A stretch of DNA of 64,000 nt from an uncultured delta proteobacterium. GTDB lineage: Bacteria > Desulfobacterota > BSN033 > UBA1163. The notes beneath the pieces are model-generated. The model saw only the letters and a list, made by a program, of their open reading frames with translations. It searched no databases and had not been told where the DNA came from. A program made the position numbers and the translations under genes. How positions within the stretch are numbered: the stretch's first letter is position 1; the number at the start of each line of letters is the position of its first letter. Of this stretch, positions 10,112 through 19,127 are shown piece after piece. Location: contig CAVPSJ010000011.1 of assembly GCA_963708295.1 (NCBI GenBank), positions 257,121-321,120 of the forward strand. Direction: 5' to 3'.

Positions 10112-10927
10112 CTATTCTAAAACTTCACTGCTGATCCATCCTTCTTGGTTATTGTCTGACCGCACCCTAACCCATTCCCCAGATTGCTCCAAAATAGTTA
10201 GCTTATCACCTTTTCGGAAAGTAGCTATTACTGGATAATCATTTCCGGGGCCAGATTTAGCAACTGAGAAGTCCCAAGTAAGAATTTTCCTTGTCCCTGA
10301 AGAAAAAGTAGTTGGGGCTGACGTTATAGGTTTCTCAGGTGCATATTCTTGGCTCTTAACAGCTTCACTGTTAATCCATCCTTCTTTTCCATCTTCCAAC
10401 CGAACATTAAACCACTCTCCACGTTCTCCAATTACGGTTAACTTATCTCCTTTATCCACTGTCATCACGATAGGAAATTCATTCCCTGCGCCTGAGCGAA
10501 TATCTGCGGAAGTCCAAATGACAGTAACAACAGTTGCTGTACCTGAAGGAGGAATAGTTGGGGTTGATGTTATTGGTTTTTCCGGTTTTGCTGTTTCAGG
10601 TGGTAGGGATTCTACAGCTTTTAATTGTGGTGCTTTTTGTTGGCTGTTGTAACCTCCTTTTGTATAAAATAAAGTGCTATTGGTAATAAGGGATCCCCCT
10701 GCGTGAACCTCCCACTCATACCCCCTATCCTTCATGCAGTTGGCTAAATCTTTCTGAAGCTTCGGGAATACCGCAGATGACCTCATTGCCTCACGCCTGC
10801 ACTCAACATAATCCTTTGAAAACTGCTCATATGAAGCTTCCGGTTTAACCCAATACCCATTTTTAAGATAAGGAGCACATCCATTAAACATCACCATCGC
10901 CACCAAAACCAACATGATCTTTTTCAT
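10112..10927 (-). CDS. Lipoprotein with two bacterial SH3 (SH3b) domains
   Basis: Lipobox FNGC; two repeats of R/KSG.GN..P......GDKLT....GEW..VR.....EGWI. Confidence 0.8.
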   Translation of the reverse strand: MKKIMLVLVAMVMFNGCAPYLKNGYWVKPEASYEQFSKDYVECRREAMRSSAVFPKLQKDLANCMKDRGYEWEVHAGGSLITNSTLFYTKGGYNSQQKAPQLKAVESLPPETAKPEKPITSTPTIPPSGTATVVTVIWTSADIRSGAGNEFPIVMTVDKGDKLTVIGERGEWFNVRLEDGKEGWINSEAVKSQEYAPEKPITSAPTTFSSGTRKILTWDFSVAKSGPGNDYPVIATFRKGDKLTILEQSGEWVRVRSDNNQEGWISSEVLE

Positions 10928-11269
10928 GCTTTCCCTCTGTCCTTCTTCTCAAACCTGTCCCAATACTCATCAGATGTCCTTTTAAGATAGACCTTTCATT
11001 TGGATTGTCAATAAAATCTTTGGACTTGATTGGACATGGATTCAGAAAAAATTTTATTGTATTTCGTTTGAGCTTGAGTGAGAAGAAGATTCGTTAATTT
11101 TTTTAATCTCAAACTCCATAGTGCTCTTTCATTGAGGAGATTAATTTTTCCATGGCTTGGTGTTCCATGGCCGTGCATGGTTCAAAAATCCATTTTTCCC
11201 TGAGAGTTTCTTGGGTAATATGAATGATGTTCATTTTATACCCCCTATCAATGAGAATCGAGTAAGTCT

Positions 11270-11425
11270 TTATTGTCTGAACCATTTAATATCCTTCTTT
11301 GCAATCCTCCAATCCCTTCCCACCTTGTGGGCAGGGATTCCCTTAGCCCAAAGCCTCCGATAGATCGTCTTTGGATTAACCCCGAAATGGTCTGCAAGCT
11401 GGTTGACAGTATAGTAGTCCTTCAT
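11270..11425 (-). CDS. Excisionase-like helix-turn-helix protein (51 aa, not in ORF track)
   Basis: Manual translation MKDYYTVNQLADHFGVNPKTIYRRLWAKGIPAHKVGRDWRIAKKDIKWFRQ*. Confidence 0.8.
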   Translation of the reverse strand: MKDYYTVNQLADHFGVNPKTIYRRLWAKGIPAHKVGRDWRIAKKDIKWFRQ

Positions 11426-11705
11426 TTCTTTTTTCCCTCAATCCGAAGAGGGCCATTTGAAGGAAGTAATTTAGAACTTTTGTGTCAATCTCTTTCTCTT
11501 GTGGCTCCCATTAAAAATAAAATCCCAGTAATTTCGGACTCTTAAATTTGGCATACAAAATGCATTTTCTAACTCAGGCGGTTGACTCCGCTTACCTCCT
11601 TTTAATGATATCTCCTTTCACAGCACCTTCGGGGGGTGGATCAGGGAAACCCCCCACCAGTTCTGTGTATGTTGGCTTACAAGGTTTACAGAAAGGAGAA
11701 GTATA

Positions 11706-11930
11706 ATGCAAAAATGGGAGCATTCTTTTTTGATACGATACATAACAGAAAAAACGAGATACAAAGAAGCTGTTTTCATTGGGTCTGACGGCACAGAAGA
11801 AAAATGCCCCGCTAAAGAAGAAGACCTTTTGATAGAGCTTAACAAGTTGGGAGCAGAAGGGTGGGAGGTTGCGGGTTATGGAGTCTCTCCAAGCCATAAA
11901 GCAATATGGACCCTCAAAAGACCTATATAG
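11706..11930 (+). CDS. DUF4177-like small protein
   Basis: MQKWEH...LNKLGAEGWEV...LKRP; AAGGAG RBS. Confidence 0.7.
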   Translation: MQKWEHSFLIRYITEKTRYKEAVFIGSDGTEEKCPAKEEDLLIELNKLGAEGWEVAGYGVSPSHKAIWTLKRPI

Positions 11931-11998
11931 AGAAGCAAAGTAGCCTATTATCCCCATAGTTCACATTTTCTTCAATCTCCCTCTGTTCTCTCGCTTGA

Positions 11999-12187
11999 TC
12001 AATACAATCCATCAAGTTCCCTTTTTAGGCAATCCACACAGGCGATGCCCTGCGTGGTGAAGTCAAGCTTTTCATCTCGCATAATTTCTCGCTGACAAAC
12101 ATGGCATTGAACTATTAAGTCCACAGGAGGCAACTCACCCGACTTCCTACGTTTCCAAGTGGAGAGGAATTCTTCTGCTGGATTCAT
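11999..12187 (-). CDS. Small CxxC...CxxC hypothetical protein
   Basis: CHVC and CVDC pairs; ATGA overlap with the upstream ORF. Confidence 0.5.
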   Translation of the reverse strand: MNPAEEFLSTWKRRKSGELPPVDLIVQCHVCQREIMRDEKLDFTTQGIACVDCLKRELDGLY

Positions 12188-12429
12188 TGTCCCAAGTCTT
12201 GTTTAACCTGACTGATAATCCTCTTAGCTTTTAGAAGCTGCTCCACTGCCAAGTCTCTTTCACTCGTCAAGCTGGCAATGATCCTGTGGCATCTTAGAAC
12301 CTCACCATCTGCCCAGGTTTTATGATCTTCCACAGACTGTTTGACGGCCTGTCCTAAATTCTCCAGAGTTTTCTCAATCGAATCCTGTCTCTCGATACTC
12401 GACTTCAATTTTTCTTGGACTTTCTCCAT
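12184..12429 (-). CDS. Coiled-coil hypothetical protein
   Basis: 81-aa ORF with AAGGAG RBS and heptad character. Confidence 0.55.
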   Translation of the reverse strand: MEKVQEKLKSSIERQDSIEKTLENLGQAVKQSVEDHKTWADGEVLRCHRIIASLTSERDLAVEQLLKAKRIISQVKQDLGQ

Positions 12430-12480
12430 ACTATTCTCCTTCCTGAATCTTCTTTAGACACTTCTCACAGCATGGCTTCT

Positions 12481-12573
12481 CTATCCATCATTGCTGATCT
12501 GGAACAAGTACCCGTTCAACTCCTGGGGAATGTTATCAATAAGAATTTCTAGTCGTGGTGGTCTTGGGTTCAT
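12481..12573 (-). pseudogene. Possible N-terminal stub of a phage primase-polymerase (NrS-1-like)
   Basis: MNPRPPRLEILIDNIPQELNGY then an early stop; NIPxEL is typical of such N-termini, but the match is short. Confidence 0.3.
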
Positions 12574-12587
12574 AATACAGAGTTCCT

Positions 12588-12719
12588 TCAGTTCTTAATG
12601 GTTACAGCGGTACTGCCTGGAAATATCTTCTTCACTTCCTCAACAATACGAGCTTCTTCCTTGGTCAGCTTCCAGGTTTTGCTTTTCACTTTCTCGGGTT
12701 TTGGTTTTGTGTCTGTCAT
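12588..12719 (-). CDS. 43-aa hypothetical protein
   Basis: MTDTKPKPEKVKSKTWKLTKEEARIVEEVKKIFPGSTAVTIKN*. Confidence 0.45.
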   Translation of the reverse strand: MTDTKPKPEKVKSKTWKLTKEEARIVEEVKKIFPGSTAVTIKN

Positions 12720-12728
12720 CTTATTGAT

Positions 12729-12764
12729 AAAAAAGCCGAGACACCATTTAGGTAATCTCGGCTT
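12729..12764 (-). terminator. Intrinsic terminator inside the island's small-gene operon
   Basis: 9-bp stem AAGCCGAGA/TCTCGGCTT followed by a U-tract on the minus strand. Confidence 0.75.
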
Positions 12765-12811
12765 ACTGGCTTTAAGCTTGCTTGCTTATGACTGGCTTGC
12801 CGTTTTATTCG

Positions 12812-12988
12812 TTAATTAAGTATGTAGCCACCATTCCTGGTTCTTATAATTCGGTATTCACGGACCTTTCCGGGCTCAAGGAGAATAATCAATCTTTTAG
12901 GGAATTGGCCCTTACTATCAAGAATAAGTTTATCTCCTTCAATCCTATCTGCATGTAAGTGAGTCTCTGATTTCTTGGTTTGCTCCAT
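12812..12988 (-). CDS. 58-aa HemP/HmuP-like small protein
   Basis: MEQTKKSETHLHADRIEGDKLILDSKGQFPKRLIILLEPGKVREYRIIRTRNGGYILN*; the C-terminus resembles the HemP motif YRLRxTRxGKLIL. Confidence 0.5.
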   Translation of the reverse strand: MEQTKKSETHLHADRIEGDKLILDSKGQFPKRLIILLEPGKVREYRIIRTRNGGYILN

Positions 12989-13142
12989 GGTTATTTTCCG
13001 ATTCCTCTTGAAGTCTTACCAGCAAGAATGTTGAATACGGAAGAGACACCCTGCTTCACCGTTTCGCCATGTTTCCGCCTGATTTCTGGTTAACGATGTC
13101 ATTCATTACCCTGTCAATCTCCCTTCATCACTCTCAAAGTAT

Positions 13143-13204
13143 GAAGCGGAGGCCCAGGCAGTAGGGAATACCGCTTTTCGGTAGCGAACCTAGAGCCTCC
13201 CTTC
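13143..13204 (-). ncRNA. Candidate two-stem structured RNA element
   Basis: Outer stem GAAG-GGAGGC..CTAGG / CCTGGGCCTCC-CTTC with G-U pairs on the minus strand; inner hairpin TACCG-AAAAG-CGGTA. Confidence 0.35.
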
Positions 13205-13747
13205 AATGTTTACTTCTCCTCGGTAGTATCTTCAACCTTTTCCTGCTTTTCCTGTTCACTGGTCGCGGCCTTTTGCACGCACTCTCCTAACGCCCCGATT
13301 GAGTCAGCTTCCCGGCATTCAGGGTGCTGACGGTAAAGTATAAGACCCCCAATGATCGTCCCCGGCATGAAAAAAAGCCGCTATCAAAAGCCTCTGTCTT
13401 TTTGGTCGTGGTGAGGGTGAAAGTTATAGCAAGCAGGATCGCCAACAGAATAACTATTAAATTCTTCATTTTCCGTTCTCCTTTTTGAATGGGCTCAAAG
13501 TCTATCCTGCGCCTCAGTTGATTATATCTCCCCCTTTTGGGATTCTGTAACTGTTTTCTCTTTATCGTGTTCAAACCCTTTCTTGTCGAATGCCCTAGTC
13601 TATCCCTCTGTTTTAAAATATGGGGGGATTTCGTGACTACCTTCGCTCCTTTTCAATAGAATCAAGGCTATTTCGTCACTCATCTTCATTTTAGAAAATT
13701 CCAAAGGTTTCATTAAGTTGTCGGCCTTGCCTATCTTGCGAGAAGCT

Positions 13748-13787
13748 CAGCGCTTATGCCTATGTCGAGCGAGGGGATAACGTTTGA
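13748..13787 (+). other. attR with the displaced folE2 3' end
   Basis: Encodes SAYAYVERGDNV*, versus the current folE2 tail SAYAFVERGENLSLSRP*. Confidence 0.85.
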
Positions 13788-13861
13788 GAAACCGAGTTGC
13801 TGCCGAACCATGAATCGATTTAAAGGGAGAACTGATCGAGGAGGGTTTGAAAGCTTTGGCC

Positions 13862-14512
13862 TTATCTTCCGGTCCTTGTTTTCGCCACATCCCAGCAGTA
13901 GTCATAAATATGGAGTCCCTTGCTGGAGGCAATGATCTCACCGTCCTCTACCCCAATCTCCTTCGCCATATATTCCTTAAGGAGTTGAAGGCCGGCCAGA
14001 TTGGATGGAAATCCCGCCCATAAATCCCACGAACGGAAGTAGAGCATGAAATGGAGTTTTCCATTACGAATGCGCGTATCCACGCCGCGGAGGCATTGGG
14101 GGTCCTGGAGTAAAATTGAACCGGCGTTGCCGACCGCCATGTACGCCTGATTGGTATTGAGTCCTTCTTCCCGATACATCCGGATGACTTCGTCGATCTG
14201 TTTTTCAAGATCCTCCCCATAGGTGTAGGTTTCGTGGACATCTTTTCTCGATGTGATCAACTTCTCAAGATATTGTTCCACGTATTCCATCGAGGTGGGA
14301 GGGGGAACATTGCAACCCGGAGGGATGTCCGGGATGAGCGGTCTTGTACCGGGGTGGGTGATGTGGACGACGATATAGTCATATTCCAACCTCTTCTGGC
14401 CTTTGAAACTTCCCCGGTCGATGGTATATTCATAGCCCTTGTCAAAAAGGTTGTAAACACATTGAAACCATGCGTCTGGCAAATCCCTTGCCCGAATGAA
14501 CTCGATCTTCAT
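13862..14512 (-). CDS. thyA: Thymidylate synthase family protein (short type)
   Basis: YTYG, catalytic PQCL, FRSWD...FPSN and LHIY motifs; 216 aa. Confidence 0.8.
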   Translation of the reverse strand: MKIEFIRARDLPDAWFQCVYNLFDKGYEYTIDRGSFKGQKRLEYDYIVVHITHPGTRPLIPDIPPGCNVPPPTSMEYVEQYLEKLITSRKDVHETYTYGEDLEKQIDEVIRMYREEGLNTNQAYMAVGNAGSILLQDPQCLRGVDTRIRNGKLHFMLYFRSWDLWAGFPSNLAGLQLLKEYMAKEIGVEDGEIIASSKGLHIYDYCWDVAKTRTGR

Positions 14513-14636
14513 CGTTCCCTCTGCGGTCAGTAGATTTTATTTAACGGCTTCTATTAACCCACCTCCCCTGAAGTTGTCAACCCGTATGCTTTCCCCTTTG
14601 AGACGGTGTCGCAATCATAATGAAAAGTAGATATAG

Positions 14637-14795
14637 GCCGGACAGGCACACAGGCTCCTTAGCTTTAGAATGCGGTCTTGTAGAATGGGTAATCGAGCTT
14701 CTTGCAAGTGCAATCTCTTCATGGGATTGCGGCCCGGTAGCTGACCGATAAAGGGTTTCCGCCCTAAAGCTTCGGAACCTGGCTGCCTGTCCGGC
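14637..14795. ncRNA. Candidate rod-shaped RNA (6S-like architecture)
   Basis: Nested stems GCCGGACAGGCA/TGCCTGTCCGGC, CAGGCTCC/GGAACCTG, AGCTTTAG/CTAAAGCT and GCGG/CCGC, then a central bubble and apical GCAATC/GATTGC; intergenic. Confidence 0.45.
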
Positions 14796-14932
14796 TTTAC
14801 GACGGAAGTGGTTTTCCGTGAGTTGTGACACAATCTCTTTGGGGGAGGAAAAGGGTAGTGGTGGCTATCTACTTTTGATTTTGAACAACAGGTGGCACAA
14901 AAGGGGAATGACGCTTCACTTAATCGGGTATA

Positions 14933-15742
14933 CTACTGATGACGCCAGAAATGATAAAGATAGAGCTGTGCATAGCCTGCATAAGGGCCAAAATGATTGG
15001 ATACAAATTCCTCCATCGCCCTCTCTCCAGTTTTCTTCCGATTAAAATAAGTCTTTTGTAATCCCTTTTTAATCCACGTATCCATCGGAAAGGCTTCAAG
15101 GAAATCCAACGAATAAAGAAGCGTACAATCCGCAACCTTTTTCCCTACTCCGGAAAGGCTCATTAACCGTTCTCTCGCCTCCTTGTAGGATAAATCTCTA
15201 AGCGAAAGGAGAGCGCTCCTGTCTATGCATTGGCTCGCCTTGACTAAATATTTTGTCCTAAACCCGGCCTTGACCGGTTCCAATTGGAGAGGGGTTTCCA
15301 TACAACGGGGCTCTGGAAATCCGTAACCCACATGGTTTCCCCAAGAGATCTTTTTCCCAGAAGATTTGCAAAGGACCTCGATCATGGAGCGTATCTGGGA
15401 AATGGCTTTGGCCGACGAGCACAGGAAAGAGATCAGACACTCCCATGGATCCTGCCGGATCATTCTTAACCCTCGATATTTCTCGATGGCCTCGTGAACG
15501 ACCGGGTCCCGATCGATCTCTTTGTAGACGAAATCCAAGTCTTCATCCAACCTAAAAAAGCGGATCACAAAAGACTCTTCGACTCCATCATAGAAGAGGA
15601 ATTCCCCGGCTTGACGGATGGAAAACATTCTATCCGAGGATTGAATCATGTAGGTATCGAGGGCCTTGGTAAATCGAAAGAATTGTCCGCATTCCAGGGT
15701 ATGCTGAAGAGAAAAGAAGGGGATTCGAAGTCGGGAGGTCAT
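14933..15742 (-). CDS. 8-oxoguanine DNA glycosylase (OGG/HhH-GPD family)
   Basis: TLECGQFFRF, RQDPWECLISF, HhH LSGVGKKVADC, AFPMDTW and YAGYAQLYL. Confidence 0.88.
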   Translation of the reverse strand: MTSRLRIPFFSLQHTLECGQFFRFTKALDTYMIQSSDRMFSIRQAGEFLFYDGVEESFVIRFFRLDEDLDFVYKEIDRDPVVHEAIEKYRGLRMIRQDPWECLISFLCSSAKAISQIRSMIEVLCKSSGKKISWGNHVGYGFPEPRCMETPLQLEPVKAGFRTKYLVKASQCIDRSALLSLRDLSYKEARERLMSLSGVGKKVADCTLLYSLDFLEAFPMDTWIKKGLQKTYFNRKKTGERAMEEFVSNHFGPYAGYAQLYLYHFWRHQ

Positions 15743-15923
15743 TCTTTTTTCCCACCCCAGGTCGAATGATAGCGGCGGTATAAGCTTCTAAGTTGAAATA
15801 TTTCTCAGCCACCCGGTGTCCACGCCGTCTCTCTCATGTTCCGGCCCGGCCTCAGGCCAGGAGGTATCCCACCGCTTCTGGCGGCGGAGTCCGAGGGGTT
15901 GATTTTTTCCCGTGGTGACTCCC

Positions 15924-16634
15924 CTATTTTTCAAGGCTGGATATTTTTCTTAATACGATATTTGCCATCTGGGATTTTTCGGAGATTTTCATAAAACTCT
16001 TATAATTCTCGAGCGCCTCTTTGGTCTTCCCCATTTTTTCACTGCACCGCCCCAGGCCTAAATAGGCACTGGCCAATTGGAAGCCCTGTCCCAAATCAAT
16101 GATCTTCTGAAAGGCTTGCATCGCCTTTTCATAATCCTTCTTGCCCTCGTAAGAGTAACCCAGACCTTCCATGGCAAACGCGCGGTAGAGTTTTTCTTTC
16201 CCCGCTTTTTCGAGGTAATTCTCATAGGTCTTGATGGCTTCATCAAATTCGCCCAGCCTCAGATGGATATTCCCCTTGTATAACACGGCCAGTTTACCCG
16301 ACTGAGTTTTCGGGAATTTTGCGATCACCTCATTAAATCTTTCTATGGCATTCTTATATTCTTGGGGGGACCCTTCCCGATACGGGGAGCTGACCATCTG
16401 GTAGGTCTCCATCGCTATATTAAACATCTGGTCAGCATCTTCCGTTTTTTTCTTATCCCAAGTTTGAAATAGAAAGGTAAATAATAGAAGGATCAAAACA
16501 ATACCCGCCCCCAAGCCAATGGGCTTGGCATGATGGGTGATAAAAAGATACATTCTCTCCGTAAAGGTAATAAATTCATCGGGTTCTTTCAGCTTCCTTT
16601 TTATAATTTTCTTTGTACTGGTCATTTTAGCCAC
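15924..16634 (-). CDS. Membrane-anchored TPR protein (YfgM-like)
   Basis: KLKEPDEF N-terminus, one TM helix, then TPR repeats. Confidence 0.8.
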   Translation of the reverse strand: MAKMTSTKKIIKRKLKEPDEFITFTERMYLFITHHAKPIGLGAGIVLILLLFTFLFQTWDKKKTEDADQMFNIAMETYQMVSSPYREGSPQEYKNAIERFNEVIAKFPKTQSGKLAVLYKGNIHLRLGEFDEAIKTYENYLEKAGKEKLYRAFAMEGLGYSYEGKKDYEKAMQAFQKIIDLGQGFQLASAYLGLGRCSEKMGKTKEALENYKSFMKISEKSQMANIVLRKISSLEK

Positions 16635-16652
16635 CTTTCAGAATAGAATTCC

Positions 16653-18581
16653 CTATTTTTTTTCAGCTTTTTGAGAAGTACCTCGCAGGACCCTTTTCTC
16701 CCCTAAGCGAAGGGTCAGTTTAATCTGGTCAAAATACTCAATCAATGGAATGACGTATTTTCTCGAGGCCCTGGTCATCTCTTTAAATTGCGGGGTTGTG
16801 ATTTCCTGATGACTCTTTAAATAGGAGATTAGTTGCTCTCTCAAGTTTTCGAAGGAGACGTGATGGAAATAGATTTCATTCTTGATCCTGACCAAAACCC
16901 CTTCATGAGCGAGATGCTCAAAAACGGCTCGAACCTCCCCTTCGCTTTCAGACCATTTTTCCGACAATTCTTTCGGGGACGGCGGCTGGAGCGCCCCCTT
17001 CAAAACAGCCGCCTCTATTCGCTTCGCCAACCCCTTCTCGTCTACCGACGAAATATGGTGACCGGAAAGTCTCAATTTGTCCCTTTCCAGTACGACTTCC
17101 TTCGACTGGATGAGCTCATTGATGAGGATTTGGAAAAGCTTGACATCCACCTCCGGAGGAAGTTTTGTTCTCAGCTCCTCTTTGGACGACCCGAATTTCA
17201 TCGGAAATCGCTGATGGAATTCTTTCAATTGCACCAGCGCCACTCCTCTTAATGCCTGGTAGGGTCCTTTTGCAATAACCTTTAGTTTCTCAGTATCGAT
17301 GAATAAGAGATCCCCTCTCCTCACCATCTGTCTGATGACTGTCTGGACGTCGCCCGGTGACATCTCGACGCGGTTCGATAACTCTTCCAGGGCGATGCCT
17401 CCCATGCCTGAATGATCGATGTGCTGTCGTAGGGCCTGTTCACTCGTCCCGTCTTTGAGGAGACTCAGGTCAGCGATCACTGACGGAGAAAACCTCTTAT
17501 GTTTGTCAGGATGGGCGTCCAGTATCACGCCTCCTCCCATGGTTTGGATGGCGGAAGAACCCCGGATGACAAAGCGGTCCTGGGGAAGAGCCACCACCGG
17601 TTGCTCCAATCTCAACTGAACAAAACCAGCTTGTCCCGGAACAAGCTCTTCCCGATCAAGGAGAAAGACGGATGCGCCCGTCAGGGTGGTCCCTACATGA
17701 AACCTCTGCTTGGTGCGGTGCTTTAAGGAACGTGGGGCATGGGACAAATACTCAAGATAGGCATCGATCAGCTGAGTGGCACGAAGGGTGTTCGGTCGTA
17801 TGAGAACGTCCCCTCGCTCGACCGCTGAAGTTTCTATTCCTTGAAGGTTGACTGCCGTCCTCTCCCCGGCGACTGCCTCTTCGACACTTCGACCGTAAAC
17901 CTGGAGGTTTCTGACTTTCCCTTCTAAGCCGGAAGGCAACACTTGAACCGTCTCCCCAAGAGAAAGGCTTCCGGAAATCAAGGTCCCCGTCACCACCGTT
18001 CCAAAACCCTTCATGGTAAAGACACGGTCGATCGGCAAGCGGAATAAACCCTCGGAGGACCTTTCCCTGACTTCCTGGGACAGGAGATCGAGAGCGGAAA
18101 GGAGTTGAGGAATTCCCTCCCTTGTCACAGAAGAGACGGGAAGGATTGGAGCATCTTCTAAGAATGTCCCCCGGACGATTTCAGTGACTTCCTCTTTAAC
18201 CAACTCTAATAACTCATGATCAAGCAGATCGATTTTGGTTAGGACAACTAACCCCTTGTTTACTTTCAAAAGTCTGCAGATATCCAAATGCTCCCTCGTC
18301 TGTGGCATGACCCCTTCATCTGCAGCAATGACGAGGGCGACCAAGTCGATTCCCCAGACGCCCGCCACCATATGCTTAACGAACTTCTCGTGACCCGGCA
18401 CATCAATGATCCCGAGCCGGATCCCGCTCGGAAGGTCCAGGAAAGCAAACCCCAGTTCAATCGTGATCCCTCTCTCCTTTTCCTCTTTCAATCGATCTGT
18501 ATCCACCCCGGTGAGAGCTTTAACAAGAGAAGTTTTTCCGTGGTCGATGTGCCCGGCTGTCCCGAGAATCACATGCTTCAT
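16653..18581 (-). CDS. selB: Selenocysteine-specific elongation factor
   Basis: [28 protein letters not shown] and DVPGHE; C-terminal [13 protein letters not shown] winged helix. Confidence 0.97.
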   Translation of the reverse strand: MKHVILGTAGHIDHGKTSLVKALTGVDTDRLKEEKERGITIELGFAFLDLPSGIRLGIIDVPGHEKFVKHMVAGVWGIDLVALVIAADEGVMPQTREHLDICRLLKVNKGLVVLTKIDLLDHELLELVKEEVTEIVRGTFLEDAPILPVSSVTREGIPQLLSALDLLSQEVRERSSEGLFRLPIDRVFTMKGFGTVVTGTLISGSLSLGETVQVLPSGLEGKVRNLQVYGRSVEEAVAGERTAVNLQGIETSAVERGDVLIRPNTLRATQLIDAYLEYLSHAPRSLKHRTKQRFHVGTTLTGASVFLLDREELVPGQAGFVQLRLEQPVVALPQDRFVIRGSSAIQTMGGGVILDAHPDKHKRFSPSVIADLSLLKDGTSEQALRQHIDHSGMGGIALEELSNRVEMSPGDVQTVIRQMVRRGDLLFIDTEKLKVIAKGPYQALRGVALVQLKEFHQRFPMKFGSSKEELRTKLPPEVDVKLFQILINELIQSKEVVLERDKLRLSGHHISSVDEKGLAKRIEAAVLKGALQPPSPKELSEKWSESEGEVRAVFEHLAHEGVLVRIKNEIYFHHVSFENLREQLISYLKSHQEITTPQFKEMTRASRKYVIPLIEYFDQIKLTLRLGEKRVLRGTSQKAEKK

Positions 18582-19111
18582 CAATCACCCCTCAGACGAA
18601 TCCTTTGATGAACTGTTTAAAGATAACAAAAAGCGTTCCATCTTTCAATTCCATTCCTTTCTCAGCCTCTCCGTTCATCTTTATTTCACTTTATTTCACT
18701 CCAAAACAGAAGATCGGGTCTCCCCAACCCAGGAAAGACAAGCGCCTAAGAAGGGTGGGGCTAAAGCAGGCCCGGGTATATTGCTCAGGAACAATATATC
18801 TCTCTCCAGTGATCAATTTCCCTGTGATTGCCGGGTGGTATTCTCTCTTTTGCCCGTTCCGTCGAGGTCTCCACAGGATGGGTGGTGCAATCGGCATGGG
18901 ATCAGGGAAACAGGGTGGTACCGCCCTTAAATGCATATAAATCAATAGCTGGGAGAATGGCTCCTCACAATGTTTAAATCCTGTGGAAAAAAAGGTTCCT
19001 GTTCCGTATACCCCCTCAATTCTCTTATATAATTGAATATGTGGAAGAAAATCTCTGAATAAAATGTTGATATTTCAATAGGTTACATTATTGTGGCTGC
19101 AAAGCAAAGAA

Positions 19112-19127
19112 ACACAACATCTTGTGG
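19112..19127. promoter_or_regulatory. NrdR-box-like palindrome
   Basis: ACACAACATCTTGTGG fits the acaCwAyATmTwGtg consensus; no nrd gene adjacent. Confidence 0.3.

Larger units (their letters stand above)
8150..13759. mobile_element. Degenerate integrative island 1 inserted in the folE2 3' end
   Basis: 12-bp direct repeat CAGCGCTTATGC at 8150-8161 and 13748-13759; the second copy continues as SAYAYVERGDNV*; AT-richer cargo with integrase remnant, RHH and Xis-like genes. Confidence 0.85.

Noticed and set aside
13287-13574. 95-aa ORF at the island 1 right end
   Set aside because: A signal-peptide-like core (MKNLIVILL) with an implausible tail; probably a decayed gene, too weak to call
15750-15920. 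Possible tRNA-Sec (selC) near selB
   Set aside because: GC-rich, but there is no UCA anticodon arm or TTCGA loop
18911-18927. AGGGTGGTACCGC as a T-box antiterminator
   Set aside because: It is on the plus strand with no downstream plus-strand gene, and no stem I or terminator is recognisable
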